From Ramazzottius varieornatus (lineage: Eukaryota; Animalia; Tardigrada): 64,000 bases of DNA. Under the pieces are notes generated by a model. It made no database searches, was not told where the DNA came from, and worked only from the letters and a program-made list of their open reading frames with translations. The DNA is taken from contig BDGG01000015.1 in NCBI GenBank assembly GCA_001949185.1, positions 1,183,036 through 1,247,035 on the forward strand, written 5' to 3'. Within the stretch, counting starts at the first letter, position 1. Every line of letters begins with the position of its first letter. Of the stretch, positions 50,023 to 62,600 are shown in pieces. The position numbers and the translations under genes were made by a program.

Positions 50023-50294
50023 TAGTGCTGGGATAAATACGATAAAATACGATATGATATTTTCTGATAAATATCTTTCAACATTTATATTTCGTTTTCA
50101 AGTGCGGGTTTGCGATTTATCGATATATAAGAAATATATCGATATACCGCGATATGATATTTCCATTTATCATATTCCGCTCCGCGATATTCCGTCCATA
50201 TCGATATCTCGATATGATATTTTTGTCATATCGAATCACTGTGATGTGATATATTTCGAATAAGATACGATGTATCATATTTATCCCAGCACTA
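50023..50294. mobile_element. 272-bp non-autonomous hAT-type MITE
   Basis: TIR TAGTGCTGGGATAAATA / TATTTATCCCAGCACTA (17 bp perfect, 22 bp with 1 mismatch). Degenerate 8-bp TSD CGAACCAC / CGCGCCAC. AT-rich interior with many CGATA(T) motifs. Confidence 0.8.
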
Positions 50295-51569
50295 CGCGCC
50301 ACTAATACGCTTCTGTACCTCGCCGCATAGGTGGCTGCGCAGTAGAATCTTTAGACCAGCACCTGGCTGTAAGAAGTGGCAGCGTCAGGTGGCCACTCAG
50401 CTGCCAATCGTTGTCGAGCGTACTGCGGTCTTGTGACTTCGATAAAGTAATCAAATCAACAGCTGTTACAAGGGGCCACTTGCCCAGCTGTCACTGCTTA
50501 CGGTCATTGGCTGATCTAGAGATTCTATTGCCCAACCACCTATGCCTCGCCGTGCCAGATACGGCGGAGAGTAGGAGACAGCCAGCCTGGCTTAAACGGT
50601 TGATTGATTGCATTAGGCGAATATTAAGAATTTCAGACGGAGTGAGCATTTGCGTCAGAGTACTCGTCATCGATCAACGACCACACAACCAACTCAATAA
50701 ATAAATAAAACCATTTGAACAAACCTTTCCGTCGGACTCTCACGGGAAAGCCATTACACCGGGAACTGCGGGAAGCATTTTTCGGTTGTTTTAGATCTCT
50801 GCAAGGATGTAGTAAGGGAGGGGGGAGCAATCTGCAAATTGGTGTCTGCCTTTGGCTTGCCAATCTTATTGATCCATTCTGGAGTGGTAGGTCGTCTTCT
50901 CACTTCGTGATCCTCCTCTCCAGCCTTCAACTCTTTCACAAGAGTCTTCTAGCGCGGTGCGAAAAAACGATGGTTCCGAGCACTGGAACCGAGGCAACAA
51001 CCTCGACAAGATTCAAGTGGCGCACGCGGCACGCATCACGTTCGGAAAAGCTTGTCAATGGCATATTCCAGTGGCAGCCGTGAAACGGTGTAACCGGTAA
51101 AGTTGATAAAGTTAGCCCTACAGCAAGACTGGTGAATTTATTGAAAGAGTTTTGCGAGAGCTCCGCCCACAAAAGCTGGCCTTCCAGTGAAGCTTTAGAA
51201 TGAATCATAGACCACTTGAGTCATCGTAGAAAGCTGTTCAGGCATTCTAAAGCCCTTAAATTGGAGCAAACTATGACAAGCCTGAGCTTATGGCGGAAGA
51301 TCAAAATGAAATTTCTTGGCACCGAAAGTGGTCTCTACCAATAATCATCTGTTGTTCGTACAGGCATAGTGCAACATTATACCCTGTTGATCGTGCAGTG
51401 CCGTCAAGTGTTACTGTCAACAGGGTTATCAATTCCGTATTAATCAATACGCCAATATCTTCGAATGATTAGTACAAAATTGATTGATTAAATCTGAAAT
51501 CACGACTCATGACTCATCAAAAACTTGGACAAATTGTCAAAATAACTAAAAAAATCGGGGAATCAACCT

Positions 51570-51790
51570 AAGGGACTGTGCTCCGTGCTGTCTGGAGCTC
51601 GAGCTTCCTCTTCTGCAAGCCTATACTAAGATTTTGCTTCAAAAACGAGAGAGATCTTGTTTCGCCGGTGGCTTCTGCTGTTCTTTCGCCTATTTGCTGG
51701 ATAAGGCTGAATGCTTCGTTCCCGAAGGGACCGAAAGTTTTTTGTTCAAGTAGACTTTTTCTTTTTGGGTTCTTTGCCCTGTAGAATAAT
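51570..51790 (-). mobile_element. Remnant of a non-LTR retrotransposon (C-terminus of a restriction-like endonuclease, CRE-like)
   Basis: Translation KTFGPFGNEAFSLIQQIGERTAEATGETRSLSFLKQNLSIGLQK resembles the ETxGxWG..A...L..LG.R....TG..R...FL.QRLS.A.QRGN end of CRE-like elements. No RT domain was recognised nearby. Confidence 0.55.
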
Positions 51791-52895
51791 AATATCGCGA
51801 AGTACCGTACGCAGCTGAGGAACCTCCAAGAGCCCCACTTTCGCTGAGCGGAATAGTTTTTGCGAAACTGATTCTGCTGAGATTGATTCTGCTGTAACTT
51901 CGAAATCCGTGTGACTACTAAGGTCCTACAACCAGTTCGCACGATCGTCAGGTTATACCGAGGTACTAGCGGGTGCTGTGCCATCGGTGTGCAATTTCTT
52001 GGAGGTCGTGGAACCTCTTCGGAGAAAATCACGGGTTTCGGCTCTACCTATTAGCGGCTCTACTCTATTAGCGTAGTTCAGGAATATCGTGGTTCATCCC
52101 AGTGGGTGAGACTTTTATTGAAGACAATAGTCTACGCTCAAAAATGAGGAAGCAGCGGCACAAAATGAAACAAATATTATGCACACATACTACACAGAAA
52201 TTTCCTTCTTTGAGTTCGTCACGCACACCGCGGTCCCCCTGGACTCCTCTAGTTCCTGCAGTCACCTTGCGCAAGCTGGTTTGGTTCCTCTAAATTCGCA
52301 TTACAGTCAGGCATTGTGATTGTACCTGTTGTACAAGGCAAAGGTCCTAACCTTGCTAGCGCATCAACTATGCTAATATGCGTCGTGCCTACGTCACACC
52401 TTAAAGTGTCCACAAATTTCTCGTGACGTATGCCAGCAACGTTGTAAGCGCCAGAAAAGTTAGGACGGTTTCCTCGTACCCGTCAGGCATCTCTGCTAAA
52501 ATGCTCGTTCTCGACCAGTACCTACCCGTACCTACCCGTCAGGCGTTGCTTAAACGAATGATATTGCTCGAATAATTCGTACCACATGACTTTGTCGGGT
52601 ACTTTGTCCAGGGTTGATGGGTGTTTATCACCTATGTACAGATGGTGCTGAATCAGCGTGCATTTTGGCACGCCGTTATTTGCAAACGGCGAGGTTGCGA
52701 AACACTTCATTCAGAATTTCAGATTGCTGCTCATAAAATCCATTCAATCCGCACAACTACGTCTGTTATCAATTCCGTTCTCTCGTTCTGTTCCCGGCGT
52801 CGTCCATTCTTGTCTAGGAGCGGGATCAGGTGGACCATTTGCGTCCGGAAGAGAAGCAGGATGTTGTGAAGTTTACCGCAAGCACCGAACGGACC

Positions 52896-55800
52896 ATGAA
52901 GTTTGCGTATAAGGTAAGTCCAACCGGAAGTGTAACTGCGTCGCCGTATACGCATATAGTCAGCCCTGGGCGATTTTGTTAACATGAACCATTTATATGT
53001 TGATCGGTTTTACAGTTCCAGAATCTGTTGGGGACCGTCTACAATCAAGGGAATATCGTCTTCACCTCGGACGACAATGGAGTGTTGAGTGCGGTGGGGA
53101 ATCGGATCAGCGCGTTTGATCTGAAACGGTATACATGCGTGCGTTCACCGAAGGGTTTCTTCGGGGCTTCCATTTCGGGTTCTTCGAATTCTAGTCGATG
53201 CCAAATATTCGCGTGTTTGCAGGAATCGATCACAGACGCTCCCGGTGGAAAGCCACAAAAGCTTTACCTGTATCGCTTTATCTCCGACTAGCCCGATAAT
53301 CATCGCCGTCGACGAAGGTACACTGTTGAACATACTTCTCAGCTAACGATTGACCTACCGCTGGTATTTTGCTGCTTATTACAGATGGGGAAGCTCTGGT
53401 AATCAGTCTGGTGAGCAAGACCATTCTTCACCGACATCGTTTCAATCGCAAAATCTATGATGTCCAATTCAGCCCCGATGGACGGTAAGCCGCTTTACGC
53501 ACGGTCCTTCCGCTGTTTTCAAATCATGCAATACTTTTTGCTCACTAGCTTCAGCTTCGCTAAATGTCCAAAAATTGTCTTGTAGGAGGTTTGCTGTGAC
53601 CTTTGAGCAGAATGTGCGGATATTCACAGCACCTGGCCAGCGGTCGGTCGACTTCAACCCTTTCCATTTGGAGAGAGAATTTTACGGGTCCCACGACGAG
53701 ACGACCTGCATCGACTGGACTAGTGACTCCAAGTAAGCTGACGGCTACAACCTGTTTTGTCTGTAGCACAGGCGTATACCTGCGTGTCAGATTCTGTTTG
53801 CCATTTAGAGTCTTTGCCGTCGGAGCGAAAGATATGAACACTCGTATTTACCCCGTGGCTCGCTGTCCCAACTTGGGCGTCTACAGTCTCGGCGGACACA
53901 GCGATGTCATCTTGAACTGCTTCTTCGCAAGAAACTCGCTGGCTGTGAGTCTTTTATGCTCGTAACTGATGGGTTGTCATAAGGTAGGCACAGTGAGATG
54001 TGCTTAACTGAAGTTTAATGTGCGGTGAAATCGTAGCTTTATACGCTGAGTCGGAGTGGACAGTTGTGCGTCTGGGACTGCGATACCTCCCTGCAGGAGC
54101 TATGGACAGACGATGCCGAGGAGCAACAACCCGAGACGATAACGAATGATCCTCTGACGGAGCACCGGCCGACGGATGGTGACGAGCAGCCGCAGGCAGA
54201 GTGGCAACCTAAGCGTCGTAACAGAATTGTCTACACGAAGAAGGCGAGACATTACTACAGGGAGCTGTCGAAGGACCAGAGCAACGTTACATCGTCCTGT
54301 TTTCACAAAGACACAAAGTTGCTGGTTGCTGGTCTATCCAATGGATCCTTCTTCCTCCATGAAATGCCGGACTTTACTCTGATACATTCCTTGAGGTATG
54401 TTGTTGGGTTTTCTAGCTTAGAGACTTGACCGTCAGCGGTAGTGCAGGCGCTTTGACATTGCAGCCTAGGTGAGCAGAGCATCACGTCGTGCACCTTCAA
54501 CCGTGGCGGAGAATGGTTGGCGCTGGCAACTGCAGGCTTGGGCCAGCTGATTGTCTGGGAATGGCAGAGCCAGGTTTTTGTGCTGAAGCAGCAAGGACAC
54601 TACGACCAGTTACTGTCTCTGGCCTATTCACCCGATGGACCGTATCTTGCTACTGGTGGCTCGGATGGCAAGGTGATGCCCTGCCTTTCTCCCCAGTTTT
54701 TTTAACCATATCAGGCTTTCGCCTTGAGGGCTTCCACTCATACAGTCTATCTTTTCCAGGTGAAACTATGGAACACCACTTCCGGCTTCTCCTTTGTAAC
54801 CTTCACTGAGCATACATCATCAGTCACAGCTCTACAGTTTACACAGAATGGACGAGCTGTTCTGTCGGCTTCGCTGGATGGGACAGTCCGTGCTTACGAC
54901 ATGATGAGGTGAATTCAGTACTGCCAGTCAGAAACCTGGATGGTACCAGCGTTTGGAGAGAAAGTCCCTCCTCCAGATAATAGGCTTGACTCTCTTTCAG
55001 GTATCGCAACTTTCGGACATTGGCATCTCCTCGACCGGCGCAGTTCAGTTGCATGGCGGTGGACTACAGTGGAGAAGTGGTGGCCGCCGGAAGTCGGGAC
55101 TCCTTTGAGGTCTTTGTCTGGTCCCTACAGACGGGCAGATTGTTGGAGGTCCTCAGTGGCCATGAAGCTCCAGTCAGTGGAGTGGCCTTTGGCTCTGCCG
55201 CTGACAAGCAACTGCTGGTCACTTCTTCCTGGGACCAGACTGTCCGTCTCTGGGATATCTTCCAGGCCAAGGTTCAGTCCGAAGTCATCCGAGTTTACGC
55301 AGAAGGTACAAACTTCAAAGTCCAGTGTTGGCTGTCAACTGGGGTAATCTGTAATGATATTACCTGTTTCTTTCAGCTCTAACGGTTGCCTTCCGCCCTG
55401 ATGGAAACGAGGTTGCAGTGTGCGATCTGAACTCAAAGATCCACTTCTTTGATCCAAGCACAACCGAACAGACTGGCCTGATAGAGGCCAAAGCTGATCT
55501 GGGCAACTTCCGAAGGGACCAAGATCTGGTTTGTGGGAAAACGGCATCGAAGGGACGGTAAGTATGGGGAAGTACTTGTTTTGTCAGGCTGAATGGGCTT
55601 AGTAGTCATAATGTCTCCTTGTGGCAGCTCATTCACGACGATATGTTACTCAGCCGACGGTTCTGTGATCCTTGTTGGAGGGCGCAGCAAATACATTTGT
55701 GTCTACCACACCAAAGAGCACATCCTGCTTCGTCGATTTGCTGTGTCGCAAAACTGGTCTTTCACGGGCATGACGGTAAGGAAGGAGCTCATTTACAACC

Positions 55801-56791
55801 TGCTGTCGTAAAACAGCTGATGACCTCTTGCTACCTTTAGGAATTCTTGAGTAAGCGAAGCAACACCGAGCTGGGACAGCGAGGGACAATGGACCTGGCC
55901 CAGAACGATTCCGACAAGATGCGAATGAGTCTTCCGGGAGTTCGGGCCGGTGACATGTCATCTAGACACTTCCGACCGGAAGTGGTTGTCTATGGCCTCC
56001 AGTTCTCTCCTACAGGTCAGCGCTGCCTTGCGAATGTATCAACTGTAGCCAGTGGGCGCTTTAATGGTCCATCGCCATCTTTGCAGGTCAGTCATGGGCG
56101 GCTTGTAGTACAGAAGGCCTGCTGATTTACTCCACACAGAGGGACGAGCTTTTCGATCCCTTCGACCTCGACCCAACCATCACACCTCAAGCTACTCGTC
56201 ACTTGATGCATGGGCCATCCCCAGATCCGGGCAGAGCTCTTGTCATGGCCCTTCGCTTGAACCAAACCAAGCTGATGGCGGAGGTGATCGAAAGCATTGA
56301 CAAGTCCGAAAGTGCGTTCGTTGGCCCACCTTTATACCATCATTCCTCTTTCAGATGACTGAATGTGCTCTTTTGCAGTTTTACTCATCGTTCAGATCCT
56401 GTCCGATAAGTACACCAAGCTGCTACTGACTTTCTGCGCCATGCAACTGGAGACGTCGCCGCACCTTGAATTCTACCTGATGTGGATCAAAACAGCCCTC
56501 TTCGTACATGGAAAGAAGCTCAAGTCTCACTCTTCCAACATCATGCCCATCCTGCATACGCTGCAGAAGGCCTTGTTGCGAAAGAAAGACGACGTATTAC
56601 GACTGTAAGGGACGCTGTCCACTGTTTTACCGTCCTTTGACGTTTCTTAACGTTGGACTTTTTGCAGAACGCAGAGAAATGTGGCGACGTTAGACTACGC
56701 GGAAACGATGCTCAAACTTTCCCTGGAAGAAAAGAAGTCGAGACCGGTTGATGAAGAAATGGAACCACTCGATGATCACAGTTTGCGCTAG
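52896..56791 (+). CDS. PWP2: Periodic tryptophan protein 2 (UTP1, SSU processome WD40 protein)
   Basis: MKFAYK|FQNLLGTVYNQGNIVFT...VLSAVGNRISAFDLK; LGQLIVWEWQSQVFVLKQQGH; AYSPDG.YLATGGSDGKVKLWNTTSGF; SASLDGTVRAYDMMRYRNFRTL; LPGVRAGDMSSRHFRPEV; SPHLEFYLMW. About 17 exons, stop TAG 56789-56791. Confidence 0.95.
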
Positions 56792-57058
56792 TCTTGAGGA
56801 TTCGTTCGAGCTTTACGGAAGACTTTGTTAATTCTGTGGTTATTTATGTGCACCGACAGACACAAAGTTGCTCTGAAAATCAGCAGGTCGACAGCACACT
56901 CAAACACCGATTCACGGTCACAGGAACGCCGTACATGGACAAGAAAATCTATCCGCTGCCAAATAGGTATCGATACAAATGACAGAATAACTTGAAAAAG
57001 CTTTGACCGGGAAGTGACAAAAGACTGACGCTTCTGAATGCTGACCGTCTATCTTACG

Positions 57059-59266
57059 TTACTTTGATTCCGAAAGTGTGGCCACACCGGGTAGATTCTT
57101 GCCTGCCAACAATAAAATTCAGCATCTGTGAAATACGGAAGGAATAGCCCTGGTACCGATGAATGAAACAAACCTTCCAGCAGTTCCAAGCTGGCACCTC
57201 CGCCGGTGCTGACGTGTGTCACCTTGTCCTCAGCGCCAAAGTTAGCCGCAGCGGTGGCAGTATCGCCTCCACCGATGACGGTGGTGGCGCCCTGCTTCGT
57301 CGCCTCGATGACGGCATCCATGACGGCCTTGGTGCCTTTAGCAAACTTCTCCCATTCGAACACTCCCACCGGCCTATACAAGTACCTTATGGACTATTTT
57401 CACTCTTCAGGCTAAAAGCTCGGCATGTTTGAAGTGATCGTACCCGTTCCAGATGATGAGTTTAGCTCTCTTGATAACTTCAGTAAACTGCTTGATGGTC
57501 TCTGGGCCGCAATCCATGCCCATCTGGTTGTCTGCAATACCTTCGCTGGCTGTGGCCGCCCCAACTGGAGTGTCTTTGTCGAACTTCTCTCCCGTGACGA
57601 AATCGACCGGCAGATGGATTTTGACGTTCTTCGTCTTGGCCTTATCCATCAGCTTCTCAACGATTTTCGATCCTTCCTCGTCGAAGAGAGATGTGCCAAT
57701 CTGCAACACAGCAGATACGCCTCGTCTCTGACCGAACTCTAACAGCAGTGGCCATTTTGTTGTCAACATCATCATAGCCCCCTACCTTCATTCCGTTGAG
57801 CTGCTTTAGGAAGGTGAAAGCCATGCCTCCGCCAATGATCAACTCGTCGACCTTGTCCAGCAGGTTCTCGATCAACTGAATTTTGTCCTTGACTTTGGCC
57901 CTGTAACAAGACCCCTTAGCCGGGTTACTGCCAAAGTGTACTCGTACTCGTATAATAGACCAGTTTATTATGGGTTGGAATTTTACCCTCCAAGAATTGC
58001 CAGGAAGGGGTGATCCGGCTTCTCCAAGCATTTGGAGAAAACTTCCAGTTCCTTCTTCATCAGGAAGCCGGCAGCTCTCTGCTCAAGCTTGATGCCGGTG
58101 ACTGAACTGCAGGGGTGAACAACAAGGCTTGATGAAGGCTGCTAACCGGCGATACTGGCGCGGAATATTGTATATATACGGTCACGTCTCACGGGCACCC
58201 GTGGCCCGACTTTTCTTCCTTGTATTTTTTGAACCGGTGGTCCAGTTTCTGTGGTTCGAACACTATCCCGTAGAAAACAGCTTAAACGTCTCCATCACGT
58301 GACACAGTTCAGTCAACAATTCAAACAATCAAGCAGTGAGCACCGGTGGGCAGCCATGGAAATAAGGGGTATATTTGGCTGCTCATCTCTCGTCACGTCA
58401 CGGTCACGTGACAGGTTCAGAGAAGAGTCTTATTGACTGGACTGTGTCACGTGATGGAGAAGTTTAAGCTGCTTTGTAGGCGATGGTGTTTGAATTACAG
58501 AAACTACAACCATCGGTTCAAAAGATACAAGGAAGCAAAGTCAGGCCATGGGTGCCCGCGATCCGTGAGGCGTGACTGTAGTGCGGATACCTGTGAGCTC
58601 TGTGGGCCGTTCCGAAAGCATCGTTGACGTACACATCGCCCAGCTTTGTCAAGGACTGCTGAAACTCCTCCATCTTCCCCTTGTCAGCCTTGATCTTCTT
58701 ACCGCTGTCATCGACGGAGCTTCCTTCTTCCTCAGCATGAAATCGCACATTTTCCAGGAGGATGACCTCCCCGTCGCAGGCATTCTTGCACTTCTCTTCC
58801 ACTTCCGGTCCGACACAATCCGACAAGAACGTCACCTCCCTACGAAGAAACTCGCTAACTTATTTCTGTAGAGCTAACTGTGCTGCAGACTTCTAGTGAG
58901 GTAAAGCATACTTGTTCAAGAGCCTCTTCAACTCCTCCGCCACCGGCTTTAGGGAATATTTATCTTTCTTCTGTCCGTCCGGCCGTCCAAGATGGCTCAT
59001 CAAGACAACACTCTTCGCTCCATTGTCCAACGCATACTTGATAGACGGAATCGCAGCAGTGATTCTGGCAGCATGCAGCACAATTATTCAAGGTCCAAGA
59101 TACAGGGAGAACAAGCAAATTGCCAAATTGATATTGATGCCTACCGCTGGTTGTTGGTGATGGCAAGAGTCGACTTGTCTTGCGGCACATTGAAGTCCAC
59201 CCGCATCAACACCCGCTTTCCCTTCACATCCAGCTTGTCAATGGTTAGCTTGTTGGACAACGACAT
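57059..59266 (-). CDS. PGK: Phosphoglycerate kinase
   Basis: [28 protein letters not shown]; [12 protein letters not shown]; [14 protein letters not shown]; [17 protein letters not shown]; [19 protein letters not shown]; IIWNGPVGVFEW; [32 protein letters not shown]. Confidence 0.97.
58179..58578. mobile_element. 400-bp long-TIR foldback MITE in a PGK intron
   Basis: TA|CGGTCACGTCTCACGG...CCGTGAGGCGTGACTG|TA. About 140-bp imperfect inverted arms (for example TCTCCATCACGTGACACAGT / ACTGTGTCACGTGATGGAGA). Enlarges intron 58107-58590. Confidence 0.85.
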
Positions 59267-59685
59267 CTTCAAGCGCTGAAGCCCAGACCTTTGGGCAAAT
59301 GCTGCCACACTTCCTAAGGAGAAGAAACCTCTAAACTGGGCGGAAAAAAATGAAGACAGGTTTGTTTGGGAAACGGCAATGAGAGAATCTGTCGAACAGC
59401 TGATCGCTTGTCATGATGGAACGCTCGCTCCTCTAGTTCCCTCACAAATGGAACGGTGAATATGGGTGACGTAGCGGAACGGATCGAATTTGCACGCGGT
59501 CGCTACAGATTTGCTGGAGCGAAGACGACTTGAGCGACAGCAGCAACCATAGCTGTTTCTCCCTCCTCATGGACGAGATTCTGGATCACTGATAGCCCAT
59601 TTATATACTTGATACCTTGGCACAAACGCTGAAAAATACTGGGGGAACAGATTTTGCTGCAGGCTGCAGAGAAGCTGATCGAACA

Positions 59686-62600
59686 ATGGCGGATACAGAG
59701 GAACAGACGGAGAGCAGCCAAGAGCAAGATGACGGAGCAGCGGAGATGGACGTAACGGACGTGCCCGTTACGGAGGCGGACGGCGCACTCCAAATTCCCA
59801 CGGACCGTCCAGCAAAGGAGTTCTTCCACAGCGTCTTTGTCAACCATGAGATTACTCAGCTTAAAAGTCCCGCGGGACGCAGCATTAAGAAGTATGTAGC
59901 AACGTGTCCCGTTTGCCATAGGACGGTCTCCTCCACCGACTCCTTCTATGGGTTCCGAGCTCATTATCAAAGCAAGCATCCTGATAATGTGGTACGTTTA
60001 AGAGCCGACTTTCATGTCGGTTCACCTTCCTTAAATGTGCAAAATAGTCTTTTGGACGCGCAAAAGTGGCATGAAAGGCCTCTTATAGTTCATATTGATG
60101 AGAGGGAAAGATAGGATGAGAATATTTCTTGGATCAAATGCAGGAGCCGGCGGAGCATGAAGGAAGTCCTGTCAAGAGGTTCCGCGACCCCGATGAGATG
60201 CCGTCGAGCGAGCCTGTCCCAATGGCCGTGCCCGACTACCCAGAGGTGTCGACTCTACCGTTCGAGGCCAGTGGCAAAGAGTTCTTCCAGCGCTTGTTCA
60301 TCAAGCACACATGCGCCCGAGAAACGCGAAAGTCCGACAACCGCGCAGGTACTCGCTACAGCGCACAGTGTAAAGCATGCGGCAGAACCATGGGAGGCCT
60401 TGATGGCTTCTTCAAGTTCCGCGAACACTATCGACTTCGACACATGGTAGGTGACAGCATTCTGAGCCGCTTTAGTAGTAAACCACTGGAAACTATTCAT
60501 CATGCTTTTTTCTATAGGGCGACAAGGAGCACGTTGGCCAAGGGGCAGATGGGCAGGGTTCGGTGGTGCTGAAGTCTCCGAAGAAAGACCCCACTGAACG
60601 ACCGGCTCGAGAATATTTTGACACGTTCTATGTGGACCAGTCTGCCGAGAAAGAAGCGGAAATTGGAAAGAGAAGCGCGGTGAAGTATACGGGGGACTGC
60701 AAGCTCTGTGGAAAAAGGATCGGCGGTACGGACTCCTTCTATGGATTTCGAGCACACATCAAGCATAAGCATAAGGACATTCAAGTGCAGGTATGCACTG
60801 CAGGTGTATGTTGCTGTCGTCTTTCTTCTGCTCTAGTGGCAGTATAAGCTTGAATATTTTTCTGTGTGCTTTGGTAGTCGTTTGAGGACCTGCAAGAGTT
60901 CATCAGCATGCCCAGCATGGCGGGTATGGAGATGCGGCTGGCCAATACGCCGACGATGGCAGAGGCTGCCGCCACCTCGGAAGACGTGACAATGGTCAAG
61001 CCTATCCTCGGAGCCGATGAAACGATGCAGGTCAGTGCGAAGGCGGTTCACGACCAGCAGTACAGCAACCATAGAACGGTCCTGGCCGAGCAAACCAAGG
61101 CGGGTCAAAAAGAACGGAAAAAGTTCGTGGCCGACTGTAAGGCTTGTGGCAAGACCATCACCGGCAACAGCTCCTACTACAACTTCAGAGCCCACCTTTC
61201 CATTTGCGGCAAAGAAATGGTGGTATGAGCGCAATCACTTCATTCACTATGTTGCCCATGCCCTACTCTTATACTGTTTCATCTGGAACAGGACATGATC
61301 ATCGTCTCGACCTCGGAGGTGGAGAAGAAGGGTCGCGGGCGCAATAGCAGCTCGCCCAACGGGCCTTCCACGTCGTCCAAGAGCGATGATCGTGATCAGA
61401 TGAAGCTGAATCGCAATGTAGCCTTGTGCGCGGCCGATGTCCTCATTCCGCTGGCCACCTTGACAAGTTCCTCCTTTGACAGACTGGTCAAAGATATCGA
61501 CAGTCACCTGGCGGTAAGTTTCTCTCACAGTTGGTACCAAGAAGGCAGAAAGGTGTCTGATGGAGGGTGTTTCTGTTGTAGTGGCCAACTTGTCAAGCCT
61601 TGGCGTCCAAGCACCTTCCCGAGCTTCGCTCCTACATCCGCCAAGAGATTGTAGCCGAATTACGCGATGCACCATTGGTTGGCCTGACGGTGACCATCTG
61701 TCAACAGCGAGGCTTCATCTGCCTGATGGTCCACTATGTCAATAGTAAAGGAAAGCTGCGCAGTCCCTTCTTGTCCTACAGACGCATTCTCTCTTCGTCC
61801 AACGCCAGCGTCCTCCTCAACAGCGTGGTTGGTGTCTTGAAAGAGTATAACTTGGTGGAACGAGTGGCTTACGTCGACCTGGTCGACAACTTTGGCGTTA
61901 ACGGAGCCATCGTTGAAGGGGAAGATGAGGATGGGCTGGACAGGGACGGCCTACGAAGACGGTGGAAGACCATGATGGACGAATTGAAAGAAGGTCTTTT
62001 GACCTACTTGAAGGTCTCCCCATGCCGAGTACAGGTAGCATGGTCATTTTTATCCATCTGCCCTAATCTGAACTGAATTGCATCTCCAGCTGTTTTAGAT
62101 GAGGCAAGTTGTTCGCATCCTTGAAAGCCTTCTGGAGTCGGCAGTGAGAGGAAACGCGGCTCTGTCGGCCTTGCTGACAAAGATTGGTAACAGTGCAGCC
62201 ATCATCAAAAAGGCGGCTTCCTTGTTCAAGGGCACATCGGCCTGGGGTGCCTTGTACCAGAAAGCTAAGATGGCCGCCGAGTACATGCGAGAGTCGACGG
62301 CGGCGGCGCGAGGGAAAGCGGCCAGTAAGCTGACCGACGAAGAGCAGGAGATGTTGCTGGAGCTGTTGAAGGTAGCTGAAGCCTTTGACGAACTCTTCAT
62401 CAAGCTCCGTCAACATGACTCTCCGACGGTCTGTGACTTGATACCCTTCGTCTATGGGATCCACAAGTGGTTGTCCGAGTTTAAGGAAGACACGGAGATC
62501 CTCCGGGATTTCACCGACTTGCTGGTTCAAGAGTTGGATGCCCGCTTCGAAGGGGTCGACGATGAGGAGCAGTACATCATGGCGGCCTTTCTGGACCCCA

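Noticed and set aside
58581-58590. U12-type intron in PGK (donor GTATCC)
   Set aside because: The donor is GTATCCGC rather than GTATCCTT, and there is no clear TCCTTAAC branch site.
59088-59096. ERR response element in PGK intron 1
   Set aside because: TCAAGGTCC is only an 8/9 match to TCAAGGTCA and is expected by chance.
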